Positions 37,380 to 49,695 of a DNA stretch of 64,000 nt are shown piece after piece. This DNA is from Nemertoderma westbladi (Eukaryota; Animalia; Xenacoelomorpha). The notes below the pieces were generated by a model. The model was not told the origin of the DNA, did not search any database, and was given only the letters and a program-made list of their open reading frames with translations. Position 1 is the first letter of the stretch; every line of letters starts with the position of its first letter. A program made the translations under genes and the position numbers. Location of the stretch: NCBI GenBank assembly GCA_032718475.1, contig JAUCBJ010006959.1:26140-90139 (forward strand), written 5' to 3'.

Positions 37380-37826
37380 TCAAGAATCAATGATATTATC
37401 AACATATTCAACATTATCCGCTGATTCTTCAGGTTCGATAAAGGATTCTTTTGAAATCATTACAATAAAGAAAGACATAATTTCGTAGGGGCTATGTCGA
37501 TTTAGCCGTATTTCAAACTTTTCACCAGCTTCGTTGTATTGTGTAATAAAAATAAATCCTTCTATCATGGCTAATAGTAAAATGTTGCTTAATTTTCCTC
37601 CCCCATGCCCAGCTTTCAGGTTGTAATCTAAAAGATGAATACTATTATCTGAAGCATCAATATCGATTGAGCTTAAAACTTTCCTGGCTTTTTCAGAAAA
37701 CTCAATTTTATATTTATCATCTCCCTGACGGTAAATTGTATAATCAATAACAATATAGGCATGACCATCTTCTGCAAAAAATGAATGCCTTACTATTGGC
37801 ATAACCATATCGGAATCAGAAGACAT
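37380..37826 (-). CDS. Hypothetical acidic protein of the Polinton
   Basis: Intact 148-aa ATG ORF, co-oriented with its neighbours. No recognised motif. Confidence 0.6.
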   Translation of the reverse strand: MSSDSDMVMPIVRHSFFAEDGHAYIVIDYTIYRQGDDKYKIEFSEKARKVLSSIDIDASDNSIHLLDYNLKAGHGGGKLSNILLLAMIEGFIFITQYNEAGEKFEIRLNRHSPYEIMSFFIVMISKESFIEPEESADNVEYVDNIIDS

Positions 37827-38430
37827 TATTTAATTTATTTTATTGTAAATCAAACAAACAAAGTAAAAACTTTTAAACTAAAACCATTACAAATGATTAA
37901 TTGCGATTAAAGCAAGAGATTATATATAAGATATTTTCAAAAATAATACAGGTCTTAAACTGGAAAATAGCCTAAATTCGGTTTATTGATTGGTTGATTA
38001 GCTGGTGGGTAACTACTGTACAGTACAGTACAGTGCAATAAAAAAAATTATGGTCAAGGTTGAGTAACTATGGAAATGTTCGTATACGTGTAGCTGGAAA
38101 CGTGGCGGAATTTCACGTATCCTACCGCTGGACTGGTAGGCTGCTTGGTTTGGTGACAGCTGTCGAGGAGTAGCAGTAGCTAGCGGTGGGTAAATAATCG
38201 TTGAGTTGGCAATCGATATAATATAATATATAATATGTGTGTAGTTGGCTACGTCGTCATCATCATCATATACAGTATACAATGGTGGTGATGTGGCGAA
38301 AAGGGGAATAACATTAGGGTTAGGTAAGCATCGCTGTTGGTTGGGTGGGTAACAGCTGTGGATTGAGTAGCGATGGGATGGGGGCTAGCCATGCATTGTG
38401 AGGTTAGGCTATGTGAAGATGAATATGCAA

Positions 38431-38751
38431 TGGTTGGTGAAAAATAGCGATTTGAAAAATAATAGAAGTTACCTGATGCTAAGTGTAGACACCCGAACAC
38501 CTGTAAAATAAAGGTTGGTGATTGGATGCAGTACTAGCGTCGGGGGACTAATAATGCCTCTAGCGGAATAAGCGGGAACTTGAGAATTTACCATGGTTAC
38601 GGATGAAATGCTGTCATCTGATTGGTTGAAATAATAACGACCACTGCTAAAGGATGAAATGGTGGCTTCTGATTGGTTGCAGTACCAGAAATGGATGGTA
38701 ATGATGGGCTACGGGTGACCTTGGCCGGGGGTCATAGTATATTATACTACT
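38431..38751 (-). repeat. Polinton right terminal inverted repeat
   Basis: Reverse complement of 20811-21131. Confidence 0.95.
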
Positions 38752-40934
38752 GCTGTATCCACATTATTAGTCGTTATACTGTATGCAGTATTAGTCCGTT
38801 ATGCAGTATGCAATATTAGTCCGTTATACTGTACGTAATATTAGTCCGTTGTGCAGTATAATTATTTAGATAAGGCACAGTGCGGTGACATTTAGGTAAG
38901 GAAGTTAAAACGCCCATATATTTTGCATCCATCCATTTTGTATAGTATGTAGCCCTACCTACGTAATTTTGTATTAGGATATATGTAGATAGTCCCAGGG
39001 TAGCAAGTTTATTCGGACCCTGGATTTTGTGCTTGCTGATATTAGCATCAGTAGGGCTATCATATAGGGACGCTGTCCTGGCCATTCAGCGGCCAGGGAC
39101 GTGAACCATTACCATATAAGGTAATAATTCGAGGTTTGGGCAAGCGATAGGGCTACAATCCGGCCTCCTTATTGGACTAACTGCTTCCAGGTTGGTTTAA
39201 TGCTAGCACGGACTGGAGAGCCAATGGGAGAGCGATTGAGTCACCTTATTGCATCACCCCATCCGGATCACCTATAAATTGGCGGTGTGCCGGTAGAACC
39301 TTAATGTTCATGCTGTTAATGCTGTATACCCTTACTCATCACATGACACACCCCTGTTACAATTTACTTGCTGAGCTGTCTCTAATTTTGTATTAGGATA
39401 TCGTATTTTCTGCAATTTGCTAATTTTGATTAATTTCTTGGAATGATTTGCTAGTGCGATTACTTTGCTTGTGTTTCTCAATAATTCCTTCGATTACTGC
39501 TAATTACAATTGAACTATGATTTCTACCCTTTGATTAATGGTTCTATGTGATTCCTTTCTGCGCAATAATCCTAAGGGATTTCTGAGACTGTCAGACTTT
39601 GTGATTTGCATGCGCCGCTACGGTAGCTATTAGCATCATGGAGGGCTAAGGTGCCAGTGGGCGGTGGGCGCATCGGGGGGTTGAGCGACTAGGAGAGAGC
39701 GGAGGATTCAAAGCGGGCAACGCTGGCCAGGGTCACCGTTGCGGGCGGGTATCTTGCACTGCGGCACGCAGACCAATCGCTGGTACAGTATCTAGGGGGC
39801 TGATGATCCAGGTTTTGTCTCTATTTAGTATTAGGGGGGCAGGAATTGGGTTAGTTAGGAATCCTAGATGTATCCGGGAGAGGCCTGCGCGTATTACAAC
39901 GTTGAGTGTGGAGTACGAGTAGTGAATTGCACAATTGTAAACTGTGATTTCTAACGCTGATTGGTGTGTTATTGAAGTGTGCCTAAGATTACGAATGCTT
40001 AGATAGGCGCTCTTTTCCCTTTGATTGATTTCTATTTCTTAGTTACAATAATTAGTTATTGATTAGGTCAAAGTAATACGGCAATTTAGGCTATTACTAG
40101 CGAAACCTGTTGCGTGATAAATTAGAATTACGTATTCTGGAACTCTTAGTAATTAGTACGCTGTTAAATATTTGTGACTGTAATTAATTAGTAAAAAATT
40201 AAGAATTAGTACGCAGCATAGCGGAGAGTAGCTAAGGTAATAATTAGTGTACTGTAAACTATTCACGCTGAGCGGTTATTTGCATTAGCGGGCAATCAGC
40301 TAGAACGCACTATTCGGTACGCACGATACGCTAGTAGTTTTGCTGGCCTAAAGCCAGCCGCGGGCAGTTTTAGACTCGGAGTGGTACTATCCACGTAGAA
40401 ACAGTTACTGTATCATTTTGATTATTTTAAATATTCTCGCATTCACACATTACGTTAGGGAACCTCCAGTATTCGCGATTAGAAAGACGTAGGTAATAGC
40501 GTGCTTTAATAGTGATAAAATTAGGCGTAAGAATACTCTGAGTGCAAAGCCTCTCGCACTCGTCTTAAGTAAGCTTAGGGAGCCGACTCGGGTTTATTGT
40601 TTTGGTTATTCCCGCGTGGCTCATAGATTCGAACAGTTAGCTCTCTATTGAGCAATCGGTAGAGAAAGGAACAAGCGATTTTGCAGGAGTTGTGTAAAAT
40701 TAGTAAATATATTAGCGGACGGCAGATTAGCGCCATCCAACGGTAAGTAGCGGTTTTGTATTTAGCAACCCTTACAATTTAGTAATAGCACGCTCCTGAT
40801 CCCCTTTACTTAACAGTAGAGCAGTCTTTGTGTCTTATTGGTTAGACGAGAACTTATTAGGTTGGCAGAAGGATATTAACGGGTATTGCGTTCAACAGTT
40901 CTGCTGTTAGTATAGAGGTCGCGGTTGTTTATCA

Positions 40935-41122
40935 GGTACCCTCTGTTGCTTCCACAGCCCTATGTCCTATCTTTCTTTAGGGGTACCCTCTGTTGCTTCC
41001 ATAGCCCCATGTGCCTATCTTTCTTTAGGGGTATCCTCTGTTGCTTCCACAGCCCCATGTGCCTGCCTATCTTTCTTTAGGGGTACCCTCTGTTGCTTCC
41101 ACAGCCCCATGGGCCTATATTT
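40935..41122 (+). repeat. 48-bp minisatellite, right part
   Basis: Resumes the unit interrupted at 20788 (GGTAC|CCTCTGTTG); ~4 copies. Confidence 0.9.
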
Positions 41123-41398
41123 CTTCTATACATACAGTATAGTTTTGTAGTTATATTAGTAGTTGTATAGGTGTATATTAGTAGTTATAATACAGTATAA
41201 TTTTGATGAAAATAAAAAAAAATAAAAAAAAATAATATTTTACAAAAATAAAGTATTTTTTTCTCCTTATAATTCGCATTTCCTCGAAATAGGAAAATTA
41301 TTTTTTCCTCGGCGTTCGGGCGCGAAATAAGTAAGTTTTTACTATTCCTCGAAAACGCGGATTATAAAGTATTTCACATGTGGTTATATCTTTTGAAC

Positions 41399-42139
41399 GG
41401 ATGTAGGACAATTCGGTCCCTTACAATTCGGTCCCGTACAATTCGGTCCGGACAATTCGGTCCCGACAATTCGGTCCCGGACAATTCGGTCCCGGACAAT
41501 GCGGTCCCAAAACACTAAATAAATGGGACCGAATTGTCCGGGACCGAATTGTCCTAGGACCGAATTGTCCTAGGAGCGAATTGTCCGGGACCGAATTGTC
41601 CGGTTCCTGATAGCAACTTTGTAGTGCGTTTTTGATATTGGTGAATGTTCTAGAATATTAGTAGAGATATTTTTTATGGTAGTTAGTGTTTTTTACCAGC
41701 TATAATTTTTTGAAATTTTAAAAATACTGTATTTTTTTTTATTTTTGTTATTGGTAAGTGTTCGAGAACATTATTATATATTGTTTATTAAGGTATAGTT
41801 AGTGATTTTTTTTGCTAGCTAGCATTTTCTTGAAATTATAAAAAAACTTGCGAAAACATTGATATTTCAGAATTAGGCCTAAAGTGTTGCTGATTATAAT
41901 AATTACCAAAAATATTGATGATTTTAAAACTGTTCCTGAATGAGATCCAGCTATTTTCTAGGATCCCCATTAATATGTATGTTTTGGGACCGAATTGTCC
42001 TAGTCAGTATCCGGACAATTCGGTCCCGGACAATTCGGTCCCAAAACACAAAATTATTGGTACCGAATTGTCCGGGACCGAATTGTCCGGAACCGAATTG
42101 TCCGGACCGAATTGTCCGGGGCCGAATTGTCCTGCTTCC
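41399..42139. mobile_element. Non-autonomous Mutator/foldback-type DNA transposon (741 bp)
   Basis: 9-bp TSD CTTTTGAAC (41390-41398, 42140-42148). Ends GGATGTAGGACAATT / AATTGTCCTGCTTCC. Each end is built from 15-16-bp GGACAATTCGGTCCC units in both orientations. Confidence 0.85.
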
Positions 42140-42183
42140 CTTTTGAACAATATATCTCCAGTTTCAAAACAATTGGTGCTCTT

Positions 42184-42432
42184 CAAAAAAAAAAAAGCAA
42201 AAAGCAAATAGTCGGCCGAAGCCGGAGGCGACCCGAAGGCTCCTCTTTCGATAGCTTCTACCCGAGGGTAGGGGTGGGCGCTACTCCTATCCCAAGATTA
42301 GCTCCCAGTAATTTAACTGGTACTCATTTTATCGACCCCAGTGGATGAAAGGCTGAGTGGACCCTGGCGGGGTTGAACCTACAAGCAATAGATTGCAGGC
42401 CTGCGCTCAACCAACTGAGCTACCCCGTCTTC
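42184..42432 (-). mobile_element. tRNA-derived SINE, full length
   Basis: Minus strand has A box TAGCTCAGTTGG, B box GGTTCAACCC, a conserved-type core CTCAGCCTTTCATCC..GGTCGATAAAATGAGTACC and a T-rich tail. Flanking direct repeat TGGTGCTCTT. Confidence 0.88.
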
Positions 42433-42501
42433 TGGTGCTCTTAATATACCAAAATTTCCCAAAATTATTAAAATGTGTTGATTTGATATAATATATTTCA
42501 G

Positions 42502-42657
42502 GCGATTTGGGTGTTGGGAAATCGTGGATTGCTCAATGTTTCATAAAAGGCGCCACCATTAGCCACGACATCAACTCAACTATTGGAGTCGATTATGATA
42601 CAAAGGAACTTCGCGTTTTGAATCAACAATGTAAGATAACTGTGGCAGACACCTCTG
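42502..42657 (+). CDS. Rab-family GTPase, coding exon 2
   Basis: TTTCAG| then GDLGVGKS (G1), TIGVDY (G2/RabF1) and ADTS-G (G3), ending at donor G|GTGAGT. Confidence 0.92.
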
Positions 42658-44843
42658 GTGAGTTTGGAGTCAGTGACCCAAATGTAATGTTATTCTATAA
42701 AATACGTACTGTAGGCTAATTGGAAATAATAGCTTTATGTCACTACAGTACAGTAGCATGGGGTCCATCCACATAATATGCCACAGTATAATATTAATTT
42801 ATCACTAACAAAATGGGTTACCAGATTCGCAATGGAAACGGCCACAAAGAGCAGTATATTCTGTGAAGGGATACATTCTCTGTTAGCCTAATTAAAAAAA
42901 ACATCGGAAGCAACCAATATAATGTACATGTGAGCGGTTTCAATTCCGCCCACCACCCCATAAAATTGGGAAGTGGCGCCTTTAAGGACGAGGTTGATTA
43001 CAGTCAACCTCGTATCACCCCCAATAAACGGGGACAACAAAACTCCAAAGAGCCACACACAATAGAGGTTATAGGTCAAACCTCCGGGAGAGGGAAAGTG
43101 ACAGCAGCGGGGGGGGGGGGGGGGGGGGGGGGGGAACACTCCCACAGAGGTGGGAGCCGAGAATTAGGTTATTGGCCAATGGGGGGCAAGGAAAGCGCAT
43201 CCGCTAAGTAATAACGCCAGAAGTAATGTAGGTAATCAATATATTACCGGTCGGTGTTCATATCATAGTTCAGTTATCTCAGTCACTCAGGGCAGTACGG
43301 TGACACTTTTATACCGTCACGCCGTCACCAATCATATATATCGTTACTATACCGGTCGCCTAAACTGTGCTATCTGCTATCATACTTGTATCGTATACTA
43401 TATTTTATATTACCGTTTATCAATAACATTGGAACAACAACAAACTCTCTTTTCATTCGCACGGTGACGCTGACGCGTAAATAAACCAAACCAGTCGGGA
43501 TCCCCTGATCCCGTCACAGTACATGAAAGTTTGAGAAATCTTCCATTGAGTCTAACCAACAGCTGTTGGTACCCGTCTGGTACCCTGGTTCAATTTTATG
43601 GTTTTGTTGGTTTAATCGACAGCTGTTGTAAATGTCCCAGTTACATAAAACCTTCCAAGCCTTTACATTACAATTGAGCTTACCTGGGTTGATGACAACG
43701 GCAGTGCCAGTGGGGCGTGCCACTAAAGTAAGCGAGCTTAGCATACGGGTACCCCTAACTCAATTGGTGTGTCTGTTGTACAGTACTGTTGTGTTCAATT
43801 TTAAACGTTAATAACTCAGCCAAATCTCGATAAAATCTTTCCAAACTTGGTACACATGTAGTCTGGTAAAAGTTTAGAAATTTTCCAAGTTAAATTTGCG
43901 TGTGGCCTTCGAGAAGCTAAGATAATAGCAGTATATTTATTAAATTTAAATTAATTAAGTTGGTTAGGGTAAAAACAGCATTTTTAACATGACTTTTAAT
44001 GGAAATTAATTATTTTATGGTATAAGATATAAATAATTATATTTAAAATTATACAGCTGCAATCCCCATACCCCATTCCATTATAGTTTTTAATTAGTTC
44101 AAGTGATTTGCTTTAAGAAATGTGTTTTTAATTGATCTAAACGTAATTAAGTTATCAAAATGCCATAGTCACTCTATACTTCCCCCACTCCTTGGCATGC
44201 TTGCTATTGCCTATAGTTTTGGGAACCAGTCCAATCATCTCACCACTACTTGGCAACGGGTAATTACATCTATAGGACATAAGCACTACTACTAGTGTAA
44301 GGTGCCATACTAATAAGCCAGCTTGCTTATTATTTATTTCACAAAATGATTGCCTGAGTATTTCATCCTGATTCTTTAGAATAATTAGCTAAATAATTTC
44401 GTTGAGGTGTTGACATGATATATTAATATTTCAGTATCAATACTATCGGCATTAAGGTAAGCTTTAATATTTTGTACAAATTGGTTGCCTCTACGAATAA
44501 AATTCAAAACACAAATTTCCTGTTAATACCTCTGCCTTTCATTAAACCTATGTGCGCCTTTGGGTTGGGGTGGTGCAGTCCGGCAGTCGTGCAGATTGAT
44601 ATGGGGTTGAAGGGGGGAACTTTTCTCTCTTCTTTGATTTATTCTTATTGGCGGTTTGGTAAAATTTCTTAAATGCCGATTTTGGGATAGAATTGCTCAA
44701 TTTTAATCTGTATCTTATAACTGAGCCTCGTGCTGCGCGAAGGCACCACAAACGTTTATATGTATGTACCGCACACAATACTGCTATACTATATTGATTA
44801 TTGATTATTGCTATATTTATATATTATATACTCTTGTTATTGT

Positions 44844-45010
44844 TACAATTACTCCGGGCCGGGTAATCCCGATCTGGATACACCAAAGCCGAATAACCAT
44901 AGTGTAAATGCCTTCAACACCGCCCAGCAAGACATTCTAGCATTATTCCACAATGTTAAAACCAAAAAATCTGTCTCCCAAGATGACGAAAAGAAACTTC
45001 ACCAAGCACT
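44844..45010 (+). pseudogene. Degenerate parvovirus-VP1-type phospholipase A2 fragment (possible endogenous viral element)
   Basis: YNYSGPGNPDLDTPKPNN...AQQD...FHNVKTKKSVSQDDEK compared with the vPLA2 pattern YxYLGPGN.L....P.N..D..A..HD..Y. Confidence 0.45.
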
Positions 45011-48000
45011 GGCGGATTTAAACTACGATCCTGAAACACGATGGTGGCACTGGCGGATTTAAACTATGCACACAATTACGAACTTTGACATCTCGCTGAG
45101 ACAAGCAAACAGCTAATCGCCGCCCAACGAGAATCCATATAGCCAAAGATAAATTGATAAACTACATCGAATCAACATCTTCTCGAAACCCAGTAGTAGA
45201 TTCGGAAACTATTTTACATAATGTATAACTAAATCTATCTATCTATTACGTTGTTCAATCTATTATTGATTAATTTCGTTAACAAACATTTTATAAATAA
45301 TGAAGACTTCCCTGTTTAATTTTATAAAATACATTCGATGTAAAGAACATCAACGAAATTAGAGACTTTTATCATAAACGTGGAAAACTTTAAGTAAAAA
45401 GTCAATCTTTCACATAGTAACTATGTTCTAGAAATGTTATAGCTAACTGTAAATACGTTACATGTATTATTTATCAAATAACAACAACATGCACTTGAAT
45501 GTTGTTGTCTTATTTCAGTTTCAAACTTTTAATTTAAACCTCTATATATATATTTAATTCACCAAAAAGGTATTTAAATTATGTACAATAAAATATTCGG
45601 GATATTATTAAAACAGGAGTTAGCACTTTAATAATTTAATATTTAAAAATAAAACTAATAGTAAAAGTAATAAAAATATGTTTGTTTTCCATTCAACCCC
45701 GAGCCCAATAGCTAAGGGATTTTTTATTTTCGGGATAATCGAGCAGATGGCATATTGTCTTCATTTGGCGAATGATAAAGGAGTTCTTACAATATTTATA
45801 GTGGAACCCATGGATGGTAAATCGAGTGTAATACATGTAACCCTTTAACTATTTACAATTATTGTAGCTGAGCTGTAAAATAGGGGGAGACATTTAAAAA
45901 AATGTCCCAAACATCATCAAGTTCATCTTATCTGCGAAACAAACCTTTCTAAAACGTTTCAACATAACTAGTATAATAAGCTTATAATAATACGCAGTGT
46001 CATTTATGTTTTCTGGGAATAAACAAAAAACAAAATCAAATACAAAAAAAAAATATTATAATTGTTAATTTACATTTTCTCACTCTTTCAATCCATCGAT
46101 ATCAATGTCATCCACTCAACTACAGCTTTGGATACCCTTCGAAATGGATTCTAAGTAAAATTTAACATATATAGACTTGACAATAATTTTTCAAATGACT
46201 ATTATAGTACCATTAGATTATGCTTTATAAACCCATGGTCTTTAATTAATAAGACATCAGAAACTCGTTTGTTCATCGAAGACAATAACTTGGACATCCT
46301 AGGAATTGCTGAAACCTGGCTTACTATCCATGACTTCAACAACAGTGTAACTTATCAGCTAACCCTTAATACTCACAAATTTGATCACAAACCCCGATTA
46401 ACTATTGGTGGTGGGGTCGGGATTCTCCATCGCAAGGAACTAAAAGACATTTTATCTTTCAATGTTTTCAATGAAGAATTCACCACTTCGAGAACACCAT
46501 TAATATCAAAACAGCTATCAGATCAATTTGATTTGTTGTTGTATATCGTCCTTCTCCATTGGTTAGCAGCGACTTGTATAATTGCTTCCTTGATGAGTTT
46601 AATTCACTACTTACTACGGTATTTTATTTACTGGTTCGACAATTAATACTGTTATAGTCGGTGATTTAAATATCCACCTCGATGAGAATTCAAATTCAAT
46701 CGACCACTTTAGATATTTACTAGACTCTCATTGTCTGATGCAACTGGTTAACTCACCCACACATCGATCTGGTCATCGTCTTGACGTTATTATTACCCTT
46801 ATGAATATGGCAGATATGATAAATGTGGATTCTATACACATAGATGAGAATAACCCATTATATCCCACCATTACCATGTCTATTTCAATTTAAATATACC
46901 ACAAATACACCAATCTAAAAATACAACACTGCCAATAATATTGCATCGATCTTGGAAGCAGATAATTAATGATATGAAAACTTCAACCTGTAGCTCCGAT
47001 CCCATCCCTACCAACATTCTAAAAAAGGCCCCTGAGAAATGGATCGCATTAGTTCATAAAATAACATCAGCTTCTCTTACAAGCGGTGAATTTCCTTCTG
47101 ATGCGAAACAAGCCATCCTCCGTCCACTACTAAAGAAGGCTAAACTAGACCATCAAAACAAGAAAAACTTTAGACCAGTGTCCACCTTATCTTTCCTATC
47201 CAAGATAATTGAGAAACATGTCGCTCTGCAGTTTATAGACTACCTACATTGTAATAATATTATTCCCAGACTTGTGTCCGCATCTGGCTACCGTAAAAAC
47301 CATTCAGTGGAAACTGTTTTGTGTAGACTACAAAGTGATCTACTCAATATCATCGATAAAGGTAAATTTGCAGCTCTCATTCTCCTCTACCAATCTGCAG
47401 CCTTTGACCTTGTTGATTACAACATATTGTTGAAGTCATTAAACAACATTGGAATCAATGGAATTGTCTATCAGTGGTTCAAATCATACCTCTCAGAGAG
47501 ATCTTTTGTTGTTTCAATAAATGGTAAATTATCCCGAGTTGTCAACCTGTTGAGTGGAGTTCCTCAGGGTTCGGTCCTTGGCACAATCCTATATGTTATT
47601 TACTGCGTACCCGTCGCCTTAACATGTGATCAACTTGAGTGTGGTTACCACATGTACGCAGATGATAATCAGGTTTTTATAATGTTCGACTGTCTCGAAT
47701 CCCTTTCACTGAAAGCTTCAATAAGAAACTGTGTTCAAACCATCAAAGTCCAACTAGACGAACTACATATGTTCTTAAATGATGACAAGACCGATATCCT
47801 GCTCTTAGGTCGTTGAACTTTGCTTCACAATTTTCAGTCTCACTAGGTGGTAAGCTCATACAACCCCTATCCACAGTTACAACCCTAGGAGTCCACTTCG
47901 ATAACCAACTGAAGATGCACGATCATATGACAGCTCTCACATCATCTGTGAACTTCCATCTAAGGAACATTCGCCATATAAAACAACATTTATCTTCAGA

Positions 48001-48430
48001 TAACTTGAAGAAACTGGTCAATTCTCTCACGCATAGACCAGAATAACTGTCTCCTTTATAATCTACCGGCTGTATCCCTAAACAGATTACAACTAGTACT
48101 AAATAGTTGCACTCGCCTCATATCAGATCAACCCGTACGTTCTCACATAACACCAACCTTCCGCATTGACTACAAGATCGTACTCATGACATGGAAAGCC
48201 CTCAATGGTCTCGCCCCATCGTACTGTTATAGGATATTTTAGAGTAGTTTATTATAGGACCTAAGAGGCCAAGCATATATGCTAGTTAGTTCTGTAGTTG
48301 GTTGTACTGATTTTGGCTGTTGTGCATTGTACCGTGACATACCCTATTATACCAGTATACTGCCTGTCTGTGGTGATATATTTGTTTTTGATTATGCATG
48401 ACACTCTGCGGGCCTTTGGACCGTATGATA

Positions 48431-48442
48431 TGGCGTCCCTGG
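48431..48442 (+). promoter_or_regulatory. Primer-binding site complementary to the tRNA-Asn 3' end
   Basis: TGGCGTCCCTGG directly after the 5' LTR is the reverse complement of ...CCAGGGACGCCA, the metazoan tRNA-Asn 3' end. Confidence 0.8.
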
Positions 48443-49695
48443 TTGTCGAATTGCCACACCTGAAACTGCAGAACTGTTGTCTTAATACCTGCTGTCAGGC
48501 TGTACTGCAGTCTTAATACAGTAATACCGACGACGGTCAGTGGTCAGACGGTATTGCAGCACCGGCATTGTCAATCATTTGCAGATTTGCCTGACTTTCT
48601 GTCTTAATTATAGTGGATTTTGAATCATTTAACCTGCCTATTGCAGTATTGCGTTTTACCTCCTACCTCGTGACAATTTACAGATTTTGGATTATATTAT
48701 CTGATTATTCCTGCAGTCCTGTATTTGATATTTCAACATTTATTTTACTGGTTAACCCAGTACAACAGTAGGCTAACGCTACCGGCACCGGGCCTTGAAG
48801 CCTACCGGTACTGCTGGCTGGCTGAGTTACCCTGGCTGGCTGAGTTTTCTACATACACTTCAGCATTTCTACAGTTATATGATTATTTTATTATTTGTAT
48901 TGGCCTAAGGCATAAGGCCACACTTTAGCACTTTTATTCATGCAAAGTGAATGAGTTGCAATCACTACGATCTCTCCTCTTTGCATAGCAGCTGCTTCAA
49001 TTTGTAAGTTCAGAAATTAGGCCTAAGGTAAGGCATATATATTTATAAAATTATATTAGCCTTTTGTTTGAATCCGGGTACCGGTACCGTACCTAAACCT
49101 ACTTAATGTCGACAAAGAATATTGATTAAAGAAGAATAATAAAGGTATGTTATGTTACACTGAATAATTATTTATGAATTGAGTCCCTTCATGCTTCATT
49201 TCTTTACCGTTTACCGGTATTTACCTGCTGCTGACTGACAGCATCCCAGCTGAATTTGATTTATCTTTCCTATGTGAATTATTTCAATTGAGACTTAAAA
49301 TTATGTGGCAATATTTGAATTTATTGGATACTTGAATAGTCTACCTTCAAGAGTTCAAATGCTTTAGACTGTGATTATCTGATTAGCCACTACAGCATTA
49401 GCCACAGACAGACAGACCAGACTGTGCTGTAGGCCTATAGGCTAAATGTGTTAATTTGAGATTTATTTATAACTTTATTTAAAGAAGTATATATAATGAT
49501 AATTTAATTGTCTAATTGGGCAATACTGTTATTATTTTCATCTTACCCGAAGTTGCTGACTTGGTTATAATTGGTGGTACAGTCAATGGACTGACTGATT
49601 AACATTATTAATTGAAACATAGATATTAACTTTTATTGTTTCAGTAATTTTAACTGTTTGGATACTCCCTTATAGACTACAAATATTACATAATC

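Larger units (their letters stand above)
20811..38751. mobile_element. Complete Polinton/Maverick (endogenous polintovirus), 17,941 bp
   Basis: AGTAGT...ACTACT termini, 321-bp TIRs and 6-bp TSD GCTGTA (20805-20810, 38752-38757). Encodes pPolB, rve integrase, A32-like ATPase, adenain-like protease, MCP and mCP. Confidence 0.98.
20789..40934. mobile_element. ~2.2-kb solo-LTR-like element (20789-20810 plus 38758-40934) interrupted by the Polinton
   Basis: Begins TGTTAC, ends TTATCA, and is flanked by a 5-bp TSD GGTAC (20784-20788, 40935-40939) that splits one minisatellite unit. No recognisable coding capacity. Confidence 0.8.

Noticed and set aside
42355-42432. tRNA gene
   Set aside because: It is the head of a SINE: it continues into a SINE core and tail, has a TSD, and a second copy lies at 58312.
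41915-43211. ORFs with GTELS/GPNCP repeats and poly-Pro/poly-Gly
   Set aside because: They derive from MITE repeat units and a poly-G tract.
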